Source: Harriotta raleighana (Eukaryota). Taken from it: a stretch of DNA of 64,000 bases. The position numbers and the translations under genes are program-made. Below the pieces are notes generated by a model that saw only the letters and a list, made by a program, of their open reading frames with translations, searched no databases and was not told the DNA's origin. This document shows, one piece after another, positions 61,131 to 64,000 of this stretch. The stretch lies in NCBI GenBank assembly GCA_050575255.1, contig JBNZDD010013726.1:8498302-8562301 (forward strand). The letters are read 5' to 3'. Every line of letters starts with the position of its first letter. The stretch's first letter is position 1.

Positions 61131-63231
61131 GACTGCTGGCAATCATTCAATCATAATTCAGGATTGAGGGAGGTGAGATGGAGGAGGGAGGGGTAAAAAG
61201 AACAAAGCAACTATGGGGTGGGGGCAAACCCAGCCACATTTAAAAAGAATGGAATCTATTGTCTATTCAAGTGTTAAGTGATTCCCTCCGTCAATCTGCA
61301 TGGGATTTAGAATGACTGTGTGAACATCTGATCCCATGTAGTAACAGCAGAAAATCAAAGGATAAACTGTTGAAGTCAAGATCAGTAGAGCATGTTTCTG
61401 TAGAAATGGTCTGATTGATATTTATTGACCAACACAATAATTAACTTTTCAGAAATAAACTACACCAAAACTAAATGAATTACTATGTCATAATTAAATA
61501 ATGATCTTTGATTAATCTTATTTTCAGCGCCCGTTCTGTTCATTCTGTTCCTCTGCCTAAATGGACAGTAACTGTGCTTAATGCGGCGAAATTAGCATTG
61601 TATGACAATAAGATTTAAAATACACACATTTATGTTCACAAATCAGTGGAAAAGATAGACATGATAACTTAAATGAGTTCAAATTGCATTACTTGTACCT
61701 ATCGTACTGTACTAACAATGTTGGTGTACAGATGATACCTTTGAAGCTGAAGGAAACTGTACAGTCTAAAATATAATTTATTGCCAGAAAAACTACCGAA
61801 GCACACGCAAATGTTTAAAATCTCAAATGAATGTGCTTTGTCATTCCGTTGGCAATTTGACCAATATAACATGAGAAAGTCAGTTTATTAGAAGCTGTAT
61901 CACATTTGGGATTGTCACTAGTATGAGGTGAAAACCCAGAGGTTCTTCATTGCCACTAGATTTGGGCCAGGTTCTACTTTTTTCATAAAACACAAAACGT
62001 CCACATTTTGACGATGTATTTTCTATTGTTGATTGTGATTCTTTTAGATTTCAAAGCGGTAGCGTTGATTCAAAACCAAACGGTTCAAGGAATGAAAATT
62101 ATGAGGGAGGGTTGCAATGAGTCAGAAATGCTTCTTGTTGCTGCCCAACTCAGCATCGTGTATATCGAGCAACACAAAGAAAAAATGGAAATACAAATGC
62201 ATTCTTTGGTTCACGACAAATAATACAAAAGTAAACATTTTCCCATGATACTGCATCTTACATGAAGTTCAGATTCGTTGGAAGCATGAAAAAAAAACGG
62301 AATTTTTTTTTAAACACACACTTTCACTCATTTAGATTTATGGGAAATCTACTGGAAGCTTTTGGAACAAATTATATAGTTTGACTCAAAAGGACAGATT
62401 TATCAGATCTGATTTGTCATAGAAATTGTTAGTCTGGTAGCCAGGAAAAGCTAAATCTTTCATCAGTATGGAAATCCTAATCATTCCATGATCCTAATAA
62501 TTCTGTTTTAACTCTGATTCTTGGCCAAGCCATTAGATGGAGGCCCTTACAGTTATGAAGAAGCACTTAAACTTGTTGCCAGGAAATATGGTTGAGGTCA
62601 GGACACTGGATTTATTTGAAAAGCAGCTTGATGCTGTGCTAGGAGGATGCTAGGGTGTACATTCATTTGGGATGGGATCAGATGGGCCAAATCCAAACCC
62701 ATGTTGTGGTCTTGGAATGGTCTGGGATAGAGAGAACCAGACAATGTCTTGTTGGCAGCAATTGCACGTAAATAACTGTACAATGGCTCAGATGAATCCA
62801 CCTCCCAAATCAAGTATTGAAATGTCATAGCTGACAGATTAAAGTGGAAACGTTGGCAGTAGAGAGGCAGCAGCATTGAAAATGATGTGAGTATTGCAGC
62901 AGAATATCTCAGCCATTCGAAATGGGGAAATTTTAAGGGATCCCTGATTTGGTAATCTGAACCCCAAGTTCATTTACTGGAACTTTCCTAAATCAAACAT
63001 ACAATATTGAGGCAGAAGATGTTGGAAGCTTTATGTAAAACATGCACAAAGTGATCAAAACTGATGGATTAACCCTTTCAATCATGAACGCAGTTTTCAA
63101 GGACGTGCGATGCCGCAAATGATAGGCAAAGGTCAGTGGGTCAAAATCAAGCCACTACCCAATCTAATTGTGATATAATTAAATAAACTAAAATTAATGT
63201 ATCAGTTAAAAATAAAAACATGGAAACATAC

Positions 63232-63284
63232 CAATCAGTGACACTCCATCGTGTTCTGATGAAGCCTTTCCTGGACCATTTAGA
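63232..63284 (-). CDS. INPP5A: INPP5A-family coding exon (human exon 7 equivalent), SKWSRKGFIRTRWSVTD(C)
   Basis: Acceptor ttttattgatag|TCT and donor TTG|gtatgt; 53 nt; matches human CKWSRKGFIRTRWCIADC. Confidence 0.95.
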
Positions 63285-64000
63285 CTATCAATAAAAAAAA
63301 CACACAAGGAAAGTGTCAATTTCAGATCACAAAATATACTCTCCATAGTGCGTAAACCCAACCTAAATATTCAACGTGAATTAGCTTCTTCCACGTAAAA
63401 TCTCAACCCATCAGAAGTATTGTAAATGTCATTTATAACATAAGCACAGTTGAAGACTATCAAAATGCAGAGGAAAATTACTGAACCAGAAGAGAAAAGG
63501 CTTTTGATTTATTTGTGCAGCAATAATTTATCTTTGGTTATAAATCACTGTAATCACACGCAGTTCATTCCACTAGATGGAAGGAAAGTAACAGCTCTGC
63601 AAGGAAATTAATCACCTCACACTCACTACACTTAGTGAAGATGCAACTGCAACATACCTCAACACAAACATTTACACAAAACTGACAAGGAAAAGAAAGA
63701 CTCATTTTATACTGTCAGAATATTGTGCATTATTCCATAACTCCGCAGAATAGGTGTCTAGAGATGCAACAGATTCACAGGATGCTGAGCAGCGGCTTCT
63801 ATTCTGCAGTATTTAAAGGTCAAAATCCAATCTATTAACAAGCACCATCGCTTCTCTTAAGAATGAAGCAACAATTGAAGAAAGAAGAGCAGAGGTGTTT
63901 TAAAACCAGCCTGGGATCATTGAATACATCTGTACAGTGGGAATCAGTTAGTTCAAGCATTTGGTGGATGATCATTTTCAAGAGCAGCTTTTTTCTTATA

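Larger units (their letters stand above)
1..64000 (-). other. INPP5A: INPP5A-family gene (type I inositol 1,4,5-trisphosphate 5-phosphatase), 3' part: exons 7-16 with introns; the 5' exons lie beyond the window
   Basis: Nine hand-assembled GT-AG exons give one continuous frame with the 5-phosphatase motifs NIHLFHD, FGDFNFRLD, PSWCDRIL and MGDHKPV, plus the C-terminal CAAX CVVQ. Exon sizes fit the human INPP5A structure as recalled. Ortholog versus paralog status is unresolved. Confidence 0.95.

Noticed and set aside
1-64000. CRISPR array, operon or other prokaryotic/phage system
   Set aside because: There are no regularly spaced repeats and no gene-dense coding; the window is a spliced vertebrate gene with large introns.

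Overview
AT-rich vertebrate genomic DNA. The SINE/LINE content suggests a cartilaginous fish, probably elephant shark (inference from repeat families recalled from memory). The whole window lies inside one minus-strand spliced gene of the INPP5A family (type I inositol 1,4,5-trisphosphate 5-phosphatase). I traced nine coding exons by hand (equivalent to human exons 7-15; 53, 120, 85, 96, 75, 74, 112, 69 and 81 coding nt). All have GT-AG boundaries and a continuous frame, giving 254 aa that end in the CAAX box CCVVQ. A terminal 3' exon follows, and exons 1-6 lie beyond position 64000. A second, internal 5' splice site in exon 15 would swap the CAAX tail for a non-prenylated basic tail encoded by the last exon. 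The protein diverges enough from human INPP5A that it may be a paralog. The introns hold many tRNA-derived SINEs (Deu-domain type, AmnSINE2-like, LF-SINE-like), L2 and CR1 LINE fragments, small Tc1/mariner-type MITEs, several repeat-free motif-dense blocks that look like conserved enhancers, and assembly artefacts. Nearly all ORFs in the supplied track are spurious. I found no prokaryote-type system such as CRISPR or an operon. Repeat boundaries are approximate.
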